Part shown: piece after piece, positions 1 to 8,500 of the stretch
Layout of the letters: every line of letters starts with the position of its first letter
Numbering within the stretch: position 1 is the first letter of the stretch
From: a virus
Taxonomy: Duplodnaviria > Caudoviricetes
Strand: one strand, 5' to 3'
Virus record (IMG/VR): IMGVR_UViG_3300046321_000151
Coordinates: 1 to 27,478 of that record
DNA length: 27,478 nt
Notes under the pieces: model-generated
Told to the model about the DNA's origin: nothing
The model's input: the letters and a program-made list of their open reading frames with translations, nothing else
Database searches by the model: none
Translations under genes and position numbers: made by a program

Positions 1-1
1 A

Positions 2-175
2 ATCGCTCGAAACGTAGCACACATCTACACAATCAAGGCGAAGTACGGGTGGTCGGAGGTTGAGCTGGAGCCATTTGTTGATGTGATTGCAGACGTTGCT
101 GAAGCATATCCCTCGCTAGCAACGGAGGCTGAGGTGCTGGCTCGTATGGTTGAGCTAGGAACCCCCAACCCATAA
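2..175 (+). CDS. 3' end of an upstream gene (partial), hypothetical late-region protein
   Basis: Frame open from the window edge: IARNVAHIYTIKAKYGWSEVELEPFVDVIADVAEAYPSLATEAEVLARMVELGTPNP, TAA at 173-175, followed by a terminator-like hairpin. Confidence 0.7.
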   Translation: MARNVAHIYTIKAKYGWSEVELEPFVDVIADVAEAYPSLATEAEVLARMVELGTPNP

Positions 176-191
176 CTGCCAATCTCATCAT

Positions 192-232
192 AACCTGCAG
201 CGCCTCACAAGGGTTCTGCAGGTTTTGCTTTA
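192..232 (+). terminator. putative intrinsic terminator
   Basis: Inverted repeat AACCTGCAG (192-200) / CTGCAGGTT (216-224) followed by TTGCTTTA. Confidence 0.55.
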
Positions 233-266
233 TGCTTCGCATAACCCAAATCACAAGGTCCTTGCG

Positions 267-452
267 ATGTTTCAATTACTCAAATCCCGGACTGTCCAGT
301 TCGCCCTAGCACTAGCGGTGCTTTCCATTCTGCAAGGCTACGTCGGCTTGCTGCCCCTGACCCAAGTTGAGCAGATGCTCGTTGGCATTGCCATCAGCGT
401 AGCTATCACGCTGCTGCGTATCATCACAACTCAGCCGGTGTCAGAGAAATGA
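267..452 (+). CDS. putative holin, 2 transmembrane segments (61 aa)
   Basis: ATG at 267 after AAGG; two hydrophobic stretches (VQFALALAVLSILQGYVGLL, MLVGIAISVAITLL); C-terminal LRIITTQP..K; heads the lysis cassette. Confidence 0.65.
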   Translation: MFQLLKSRTVQFALALAVLSILQGYVGLLPLTQVEQMLVGIAISVAITLLRIITTQPVSEK

Positions 453-850
453 CCTCTTACAGCCGCCGCAGTACAGACAACCGGGTAGGGGATATTGAGA
501 CCCTAATCTCTGAAGAGAATGACCCCAAGCAGCGAGCCTTCCTAATCATTCTCAACAGTATCAACGCCTCTATGGTGGCCAATACAGATGCCACCCGCGA
601 AGTGGCCGACAAGCTGGACAACCACCTGTCCCTGTTCGAGAAAAAGTCCGAAGCTGACGCCCTGCTGCTCAACCAAGGTCGGGGGGCTTGGAAGGTTTTG
701 GCTTGGGTCTTGGGCACCGCACAGGTCGCAATCTTGGCCATCTCCGGGTACGTTTTTTCCGACCTAGAGAAATTGCATGATGGCCAGCAAACCTCCAGAC
801 TTGCTGAGGCCCGCCTTGAGGTGCGGATTTCCAACTTGGAACGCAAATGA
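449..850 (+). CDS. lysis-cassette membrane protein (1 TM, flanking coiled coils), holin/antiholin-like
   Basis: ATGA overlaps on both sides; N-terminal RRSTD; TM AWKVLAWVLGTAQVAILAISGYVF; C-terminal RLEVRISNLE. Confidence 0.6.
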   Translation: MTSYSRRSTDNRVGDIETLISEENDPKQRAFLIILNSINASMVANTDATREVADKLDNHLSLFEKKSEADALLLNQGRGAWKVLAWVLGTAQVAILAISGYVFSDLEKLHDGQQTSRLAEARLEVRISNLERK

Positions 851-1287
851 ACCTCTCCCCTCACTTCAACCTGACCGAGTTCTGTGCTTCTCAAACAGCA
901 GCACGGCACGGAATCGACAACAGCTTACCGATTGAACTGTATGAAGCAGCGAAAAGAACCTGTCTCGGACTTGAAGAAGTTCGAGTTCTTCTTCGGTCTA
1001 ATCCAATTAGGCTTAGCTCTGGTTACCGCTGTCCTGCTCTCAATAGCCTTCTAGGCTCTCGAAGTACAAGTCAGCACTTGAAGGCAGAGGCTGTAGATTT
1101 TACCTGCCCTACTTACGGTAGCGTAGACAAGATCGTTAGGGCTATCGTAAATAGCCCTATACAGTATGACCAGTTAATACGTGAGTTTGATAAGCACGGT
1201 GGTGGATGGGTACACATTAGTTTTAGTGACAAGCCTAAATGTCAGGCACTAATTATTGACCAAGATGGAACAAGGGCATACACATGA
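847..1287 (+). CDS. endolysin, peptidase M15A family (Zn peptidase)
   Basis: NLSPHFNLTEF, SGYRCPALN, SQH..AEAVD and WVHIS motifs typical of Peptidase_M15_3 phage lysins. Confidence 0.92.
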   Translation: MNLSPHFNLTEFCASQTAARHGIDNSLPIELYEAAKRTCLGLEEVRVLLRSNPIRLSSGYRCPALNSLLGSRSTSQHLKAEAVDFTCPTYGSVDKIVRAIVNSPIQYDQLIREFDKHGGGWVHISFSDKPKCQALIIDQDGTRAYT

Positions 1288-1790
1288 GCGATTGGATTAA
1301 GACACTAGCCCCGCTTTTGGGGACGGCGCTGGGCGGCCCTCTTGGAGGTGCCGCTGCTGCTTTCATTGCTGACAAGCTAGGCCTTGAGTCTAAAACACTT
1401 GAGTCAGTTACAGAAGTTTTGAATAGCGGGAAGATGTCACCCGAACAGATTTCCCAAATCAAGTTGGCAGAAGTGGACTTCAAGAAGTTCATGGCTGACC
1501 ACGAGATTAAGTTGGAGCAGATTTCTGCAGACGACAGAAAGTCTGCGCGTGATATGCAGGTGTCTTCAAGGTCTGCAACTCCTGCTGTGCTTACATACCT
1601 GATAACTATGGGATTCTTCGGGGTTTTAACTGTTATGCTGTTTTACCCTGAAACTAAAGAATCTGCTCCGCTAATGATTATGTTAGGAGCGCTTGGTACG
1701 GCTTGGACTAGCGCCTGTGCCTATTGGTTCGGAAAGAACGCAGGCAGTGATCGCACCAAAGAATTGTTAGCTCAAGCCACTATCAAGTAG
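1284..1790 (+). CDS. holin of 3TMs family (GTA_holin_3TM-like) protein
   Basis: APLLGTALGGPLGGAAA N-terminus, DRKSARDM, two C-terminal TMs and YWFG..GS; directly after the endolysin. Confidence 0.8.
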   Translation: MSDWIKTLAPLLGTALGGPLGGAAAAFIADKLGLESKTLESVTEVLNSGKMSPEQISQIKLAEVDFKKFMADHEIKLEQISADDRKSARDMQVSSRSATPAVLTYLITMGFFGVLTVMLFYPETKESAPLMIMLGALGTAWTSACAYWFGKNAGSDRTKELLAQATIK

Positions 1791-2103
1791 CTGAGCTAAA
1801 GAAAGCCAAGAAGAGCGGGTCCGTAGGGGCCCGCACTTTTGTCGGCTCTGCCAATGGTACCCGAATGCCGTCGCAGTACACAACCGAAGGCACGGCCACC
1901 AATTCGTAGCGGGCTACCGGCCTGCCCACACCTGCGGACGGGACCTTGCCGGCAACCCTCACCACACCAGAAGCGGTGAGCCTGGTTAGCACCGTGGCAA
2001 TAGTGCCATCCGATAACCCAGTCTTGTTGACAAGTTCGGCACGGGTCCCAGGCATAGCCAAGAACACTTTTGTTTCTGAGGGGGTGAGGGCAGATTTTTT
2101 CAT
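1783..2103 (-). CDS. winged helix-turn-helix DNA-binding protein
   Basis: TRAELVNKTGLSDGTIATVLTRLTASGVV HTH, wing GRPVARYEL. Confidence 0.75.
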   Translation of the reverse strand: MKKSALTPSETKVFLAMPGTRAELVNKTGLSDGTIATVLTRLTASGVVRVAGKVPSAGVGRPVARYELVAVPSVVYCDGIRVPLAEPTKVRAPTDPLFLAFFSSAT

Positions 2104-2111
2104 CAGGTTTC

Positions 2112-4169
2112 CTAGAAAGTTACGACGCTACTGGCGAACGACTCGCCTAACTCGCTATGGCTGACCATGAGCACTTGAGGGAATCCACAACTTGCTACAA
2201 CCCCAAGCATGGCGGCTTCCCGGTTGTTGTCACAGGCTGCTGCAGGCTCGTCAAGTATAAGCCAAGGCACGTTGGCCAGAAACGTACGGGTCAGCGCGAT
2301 GCGAATTGCCAAGCCCAAGGCGTCCAGTGTGGAGCCGGACAACCCCTCTACAGGCTTTCCGTCCACAAGGAAGCCGCCACCTTCGCGGGTAACTACCGAC
2401 TGGGTGCCACGCACTTGGCTGAAGTAGTGGCTGACGGTGCCCAAGACGGTGCCCCACAGCTGTTTGGCGACCAAGGGTCGAGCCTCACGAATCTTCTTGA
2501 TGACGCGGTTGTTCAGCGTGTAGGTGGACAAGTCATCCTTGGCCTTGGCCAGTGCAGCTTGGGACGCCGCGTAGGAGTCCTGCGCAGCCGCGAACTGCCC
2601 CTTGGCCACTGCCAACGCCATGGCTATACCCACAGCTTCAGCCTGTGCCTGCTTCTCATCATTCTGAGACGTACGCAACTCAGACTTCCACTTAGCGGAG
2701 TCTGCCAAAAGCTCAGTCGCCATGCCAACTTGCGCCTGCAGGTTATCTGATACGGCCCGCAGTGCCGGTAAGTCCAGGGCAGCCAAGCCGTTGCGAGCGG
2801 CCTCGACGCGGGCCAAGGTGTGCTGTCTGGCAGAGTTCTTGGCCTCCACCTCGCGCAGCAACTTGTTGTAGTCGGTGGTGTCCAGTTCTGGCACATCGCC
2901 GCCGACCCACTTGTACTTGCGCGGGTATCCGCCGAAGGCCTCGACAGGCAGACGCGACATTTGGGCATCCAAGGCTTTGGCTGCCGACACGGTTTCACGT
3001 ACATCCTGCACTTGGGCAGCCAGCACCTCCGCCTCAGCCTTGAGCGCTGTCATGCGGATTGCTGCGGCCTCAGCCAGCGCAGCGCATGCGGTGTTCTTGG
3101 CGATGACTTCCGGTACCTCGGAGAAGTCCTTGCCGCAGAAGTCACAGAGCTTCCCTTGGATAATAGCCATCTCAGCCTGGGCAAGTTCACGGGTGACCTG
3201 CAGAATCCCGGCCTGCACTGCCTTCTGGCGGTAGGTAGCGGCGAGGCCGCCATCGGCAAATTCTTCCGCGCTCGTGGCGACGTGCTCATACTGGTCGATG
3301 CGGGTGAACTCAGCGTACTGAGACCGCAGAGCAGCCGCCGCCGACTGCGCGGTCGCCTTATCGCGGTAGTATTGGGTGTCCAGCAGGTCGGGCACCTCAA
3401 CTTCCGCCTCAGCAGAGAGGTCCGCGTGAGTCTTCACCCCCTTGACCAGTGTGGACTTGGCATTGGCTGCGTCAGCCAGCAACTTGCTCGCTGCTGACGT
3501 GTCTGTGGCTGCCAAGACGCTGTGCAGCTCGACTTGGGCGGTGGCCGCAGCCAAGAACTCTTGAGCCTTGGCCAAGCTCCCCTCCAGCTCCGCGAAGTCC
3601 GCCACGGGGGGCTTCACCTCGGCCAGCTCGGTGATACGGGCCTCAAGCAACTTGGTGTTGCCAGACGGCAGGTGCTCTTGGGCCTTCTCGACCAAGCGGT
3701 CAAGTGCATCCACGTCGGCCAGCTTCTCAATCAGAGATACCGCCGCGCCGGGGCCGCCTTCCAGCGCCCCGCGCAGAGCGCCTTGGTTGGCGAACATCAG
3801 GGATGTGGCAACGGCAGCAGAGCAGCCGAACAAGCGGTCCACGAAAGCGGTGACCTCAGCTTGGCCAGAGGCCGTAACGCCGTCGCCGCGCAACTCAGCA
3901 CCGCCCTTATGGCGCTCTACTTCAAATTCAGAGCCATTAAACGAGAAGCGAAGTAGAACACGAAGAGAGGTCTCAGGCTTGCCGTAGGTGACGGTAGCGG
4001 CCAAGGACATGGGCAGGGCCCGAGCCCCATACAGTGCATAGGCAATAGCCTGCAACATGGAGGACTTGCCTGCCTCTGAAGCTGCACGGATGAGCTGAAG
4101 ACCGCCACCGAAGTTGATTTCCAAGGACTCGTGACGTTTGAAGTTTGTAAGTTTGAGGTAGTTAAGCAT
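2112..4169 (-). CDS. SbcC/Rad50-like recombination nuclease ATPase subunit
   Basis: N-terminal LKLTNFKRH, Walker A-like SEAGKSS, coiled coils with Zn-hook CDFCG, signature LSGS, Walker B LILDEP, H-loop VSH. Confidence 0.92.
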   Translation of the reverse strand: MLNYLKLTNFKRHESLEINFGGGLQLIRAASEAGKSSMLQAIAYALYGARALPMSLAATVTYGKPETSLRVLLRFSFNGSEFEVERHKGGAELRGDGVTASGQAEVTAFVDRLFGCSAAVATSLMFANQGALRGALEGGPGAAVSLIEKLADVDALDRLVEKAQEHLPSGNTKLLEARITELAEVKPPVADFAELEGSLAKAQEFLAAATAQVELHSVLAATDTSAASKLLADAANAKSTLVKGVKTHADLSAEAEVEVPDLLDTQYYRDKATAQSAAAALRSQYAEFTRIDQYEHVATSAEEFADGGLAATYRQKAVQAGILQVTRELAQAEMAIIQGKLCDFCGKDFSEVPEVIAKNTACAALAEAAAIRMTALKAEAEVLAAQVQDVRETVSAAKALDAQMSRLPVEAFGGYPRKYKWVGGDVPELDTTDYNKLLREVEAKNSARQHTLARVEAARNGLAALDLPALRAVSDNLQAQVGMATELLADSAKWKSELRTSQNDEKQAQAEAVGIAMALAVAKGQFAAAQDSYAASQAALAKAKDDLSTYTLNNRVIKKIREARPLVAKQLWGTVLGTVSHYFSQVRGTQSVVTREGGGFLVDGKPVEGLSGSTLDALGLAIRIALTRTFLANVPWLILDEPAAACDNNREAAMLGVVASCGFPQVLMVSHSELGESFASSVVTF

Positions 4170-4177
4170 AGTATTTC

Positions 4178-5185
4178 CTAGATTAGAGTTTCAACAACAG
4201 CTCGCTCTTCAGCATCCAAGGTCTCCAGTAGACACTTGATGACATCGAAGCCCTTGGCCGCCTCCAAGGTGGATTCAAAGTCAGCGGACAGCCCTTCGAC
4301 GCTTGCAATCTGCACTGCGTTGGTGATGACAAACGCTTCGGACGTGCGCCGGAAGGCGGCGATGGCGTTGACAACTTCGTGGGCCTCTTCCTGCGCCGCA
4401 CTGCCGCTCACTCGGATGAACTTGTGACCGGTAGGCTGCAGGTCTCGCCAGCTCATCTCGACAAACTCTTGGTCCCGGATAGCCGTCGTCTCGAAGTGAA
4501 CCCCAAAGCCACCACGGATGACCACCTTGTACTTGTCGCCGTCTGAGAGCCAGTCTGATACTGATGTGGCCAGTTGGTTGCCCGGAATCAGAACCTTGCC
4601 CAAGCGTCTAGCGTGGTGCTCGTGGCCAAAGATGGCCGTCTTGCAGGGTAGGGCTGCGGCCTGCTCTTTGGAGACGTTCAAGCTCTGGTCAGCCTGCTTG
4701 GCAAAGAAGTTGTCGTAGTTGGCATGCAGGAACACGTACTCACACTTGGGTGTGGTTGCAAGCGCTGCGTCAAACACATCTTGGTTTACCAGGTGGGGAA
4801 TCACGTACCCGTAGGGTGTCATCGTCGGCTGCTCGATATGCACATAACGCTCGGGGAAGTTTCGGCTTAGGAGTTTGCCTAGGAACTGAAAACTAGATAG
4901 CGTTGTAGAAGTTTTGCTAAGGTCGTGGTTGCCCGCTGAGTTATACAGCTTGGAACTTGGGTTAGCTTCAAGCCAGTCGCCTAGAATCTCGTACGTCTTT
5001 AGAACATCACTGATTGGCACATTTGCCGTATCAAATAAGTCCCCGTTTATGAGTAGGTCGCCCTCTACAGGCAGTAAACCTGCAAATTCCTGCAGTACGT
5101 GCTGTCGTAGAGCCCACTGGGTGGCTGGTGTGGTACCGGAGCTACGAATAGCTCCTAAGTGTAAGTCGCTGATTACTGTAAGCAT
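4178..5185 (-). CDS. SbcD/Mre11-like metallophosphoesterase nuclease subunit
   Basis: SDLH, GDLFD, GNHD and GHEH motifs; adjacent to the SbcC-like gene. Confidence 0.9.
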   Translation of the reverse strand: MLTVISDLHLGAIRSSGTTPATQWALRQHVLQEFAGLLPVEGDLLINGDLFDTANVPISDVLKTYEILGDWLEANPSSKLYNSAGNHDLSKTSTTLSSFQFLGKLLSRNFPERYVHIEQPTMTPYGYVIPHLVNQDVFDAALATTPKCEYVFLHANYDNFFAKQADQSLNVSKEQAAALPCKTAIFGHEHHARRLGKVLIPGNQLATSVSDWLSDGDKYKVVIRGGFGVHFETTAIRDQEFVEMSWRDLQPTGHKFIRVSGSAAQEEAHEVVNAIAAFRRTSEAFVITNAVQIASVEGLSADFESTLEAAKGFDVIKCLLETLDAEERAVVETLI

Positions 5186-5589
5186 AATTCTATTGCCTCT
5201 TTTAAGTTAAGTTCTGATGTATTTCTAAGGTCCCAAGAGCCTGTGTCTTGCGTACCGAAGTAGTCAAGGCCGATACACCGCCACACTTTAGTCTTGCTGT
5301 GGTGTATCAGTATAACGCACTTTGCACCTGCTAATTGGAATATTCGCATCCTAGCCCGGTTCTCCAGCTTGAAGTTACCGACTGGTAACCTAAAGTCATG
5401 GGCTGTCTCTTTTACCTCAAGCAGAATCGGCAGCCCTTGATTTACAAGCAGGAAGTCGGCCAAGGTTGGCTGCCTTGACCCTGCGTGGGCGTCAGGTAGC
5501 CGGTTCCATGCGAAGTCCTGTCGGGTGATAGAAGACAGAATCTTCTTCACCTGACCCTCAGCTATCTTGCCTCGGTTTGTGGTGGTCAT
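5173..5589 (-). CDS. PD-(D/E)xK nuclease, putative Holliday junction resolvase (RecU/Hjc-like)
   Basis: G..AE, RLPD, ADFL and LEVKET motifs; located between polymerase and SbcD. Confidence 0.75.
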   Translation of the reverse strand: MTTTNRGKIAEGQVKKILSSITRQDFAWNRLPDAHAGSRQPTLADFLLVNQGLPILLEVKETAHDFRLPVGNFKLENRARMRIFQLAGAKCVILIHHSKTKVWRCIGLDYFGTQDTGSWDLRNTSELNLKEAIELCLQ

Positions 5590-8500
5590 GCTTTCTCCAT
5601 TTTCTTCAGGCCGCCGACGATGGCAGCCTCAACAGGCAAATCACCAATCTCAATCTGCTCGCCAAAAGACGGGCCGAATGAAATCGAACTCTTGATTGGC
5701 AACTCCATGCCAGCGTAATCACCCACCATGCAGGCATGGGCAGCGACCATGAAGGGCACCAAGTCTGGGATAGCCACGGAGAACACACACTCGTCGTGAA
5801 TCGGTGCGATGACCTCACAGTCAAACACCTGCTCAAGACGGGCCTTCCACATGCGGCCTTCAGCCAACTTGGTCATCTCGGCTGCAGAACCCTGGATTCG
5901 GAACGACAAGGCTTGGCGCTGGGGGCCTTCCTCGTCCCCGCTGGATGCTTGGTCAATCATCTTGGCCAAGTGGCGAACAGCCCCCAACAAGGTCTTTACC
6001 GTGCCGTGCTCGTATATAGCTGCCATCTCTGTCTCAGCCCATGCTTCAGCTACTGGGAAGGCTACAGCTTTAGCCTCAAGCATATCTGTAGCATCCTGTT
6101 TAGTTACCATCAGCATACGACTTAGTTTTCCGGGCTTAATCCTATATTGGCTTCCGAAGTTACAGGCTTTACCTAAAGCTCTGCACTTTTTTGCTGTCTC
6201 ATAGAGTGGATTAGACTTATCGTCTTTAGCGGCAACAAACTGCTCATAAGTTATAGCCTCATTGCGTCCATTGTAAATACCTAAGCCAGTAATCGAGTGC
6301 ATATCTTTTGGCGAGTCACCTACAAATACTTCACGTAGAGTCGGGTCTTTGGACCATTCAGCCAAGAGCAGAATCTCTTGACTAGAGAAGTCCATCGAGA
6401 CGATAACAGCGTTGCGCTTGTGTGGCACGATTACCTCGCGGAACCTTGCAGCTTGACCCTCAATCTTGGCGTGTTTTGGAAGCTGTTGCAGGTTTGGTGC
6501 TGAACTGCTGGCCCTGCGTGTGTTAGTTCCACACTGGTTATGGTTAGAGTGAATTCTACCAGTTTTCCAGTGGACTAACTTAGGATAAGTCTCGTAGTAC
6601 AGACCGCTACGTGTCTGCACCATCTTAATCAACTTCAAGGCCTCAAGGGCTGCCTTCTCTTCTTCTGGTGCATCCAGCAAAGCATAGGCAATCGCCGTAG
6701 TGTCCGTCGAAGGGTTCGGCAGCCGAGCGCCGGGGGGCGGCGGCATCGCGTTGTAGGCCTCCAAGGTCAGCGGCACGTCCATGGCGTTGCGGATAGCTTC
6801 GTTGGAGCGGGTACCTGGCCCGTTATTGAACAAGCGCAGAGGCAAGCCCATCACGGCGTACATCAACTTGGTAATCTGCTTGGGGCTGCCTGCGTTGAAC
6901 TCCGGTGCGGCGACGAAGCGGCGATGCACGTAGCACGTCACAGCGGCGGCGTCATCAGCGGACACCAAGTCTGCCAAGAGCTTGTCCTGAATCATTGGGA
7001 CAAGCTTTGCCGGTGTGCGCACCGCTGTCTTCAGCTCTTGACCACAAATCAGTGCTGCCTGCTTGATGGCTGCTGCGTCCAGCTTCTCGAACACCGGTGC
7101 AACGGTGCCTTCCCACCCATGGGTGATGAGGTACTTGTGTAGCACGGCCTCAGCGTCAACCTTGGTCTTCGCATCTAGCTCAGCCAACTCGTAGAGCTTG
7201 GCAACGTCAACCTTAACGCCGTGGACATAGCTTTGGGCATGCAGGTAGGACGCGTCAATCTCAACGTCCAAGTACACCTTCCAGTGGCGCTCAAGTTGCA
7301 TGTGCAACTTGAAGAAGTTGTGCAACGAGGCGGTGACGATGGTGTCATCGCAAGCGTAGGACTTGACGTGTGCAGCGGACAACTCACGCATCTTATACTG
7401 GCGGCGCTCAGTGGCCTCGAAGACTGGCGGTTCGACTTCGATGGTGCCACCTTCGACCAAGGTCGGGGCGGGCGGGCGAGGCAGCTCATCGTCTGTGTAA
7501 GGGAGGTCGCGCTCCCATTTGCCCATCGCCACGGCGTACTTCTGGGACTCCATCTCTACGTCAGCCGCCGTGACCTCACGGATTACAGCTTCCTTGACAC
7601 ACTTGTCAAAGGCGCTCAGCAACTGGCCGCCCTGCAGAGTACCGATAGGGCCTTCCAAGGTTGTCACAGCGCTGTACTCAACTTGGTCGTAGCCGAAATA
7701 CATCTTGGCCAACTTCTTCAAGCCCAAGGACTCGTTCTCGTTGACGTAGGAGGCTTCCAGCTTGGTGTCCAGCCAGTTGGGCAAGTAGCCCTCATAGCCG
7801 TTGTCCTTGAAGCGCTCGCCCCAAGCGTTATAGAGTACCGGACCCTCGAACGCCACGTTTTGGATGACCAACTGCTTGCCCAAGTTCATGGCGAAGTCAG
7901 CCACGTCGTCGAGGGGTACGTAGTCGGTGTCTACGTGGTCCACGGGGATGTAGACGGTGTACTGCAGGTTATCACCGAAGGTGAGTGACATGCCGGACAA
8001 CTCAGAGCCGATGACATCAACGATGCCCCCGTTGGACTCGACCCACTCGTCAGACTCGTCAGGTGTAGAAGTCTCGATGTCCAGTGCCACGAAGTCGGAC
8101 TGGGCAATCAGAGGTTTGGCCCACGACTTGAACGACTCCCACTTGGAGCCGGATACAAGGTGGGACTGCCCCTGCCACTTCGCCAGCCGCTCGTCATCCA
8201 CCTTGCCGCGAATCAGGCCGGGGGACCACTTCAGCGGGTTCTGCAAGGTGTTGACCCACTCGGTGTGAATCTTGGCCAGCTTCCACGACTTGATGAACTC
8301 GGCAGAGCCGTCAAAAATCTTCTTGACCACTTTGACGCCGCACTCTGGGTGTAGCTCGTCCAAGTTGCCAATCTCAGCCAAGCGGGCAAGCTCTTCAAGG
8401 CCTGCATCGCCATAGCCCCGGTAGAATTCCGCGAAGGCTGCGGGGCCAAAACCCTTGATGCCCTTGATGTTGTCGGAGGAGTCACCGACCAGCGCCTTGT

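Noticed and set aside
225-266. Upstream in-frame TTG start (dual-start holin)
   Set aside because: Lies in the T-tract of the terminator with no SD; not the Met-Lys-Met type dual start
33-1492. Minus-strand ORFs 33-275, 457-909 and 1253-1492
   Set aside because: Antisense to the lysis cassette and upstream gene; no recognisable features
7401-7658. Intein or intron in polA
   Set aside because: No intein splice-junction residues and no LAGLIDADG motif; reading frame continuous
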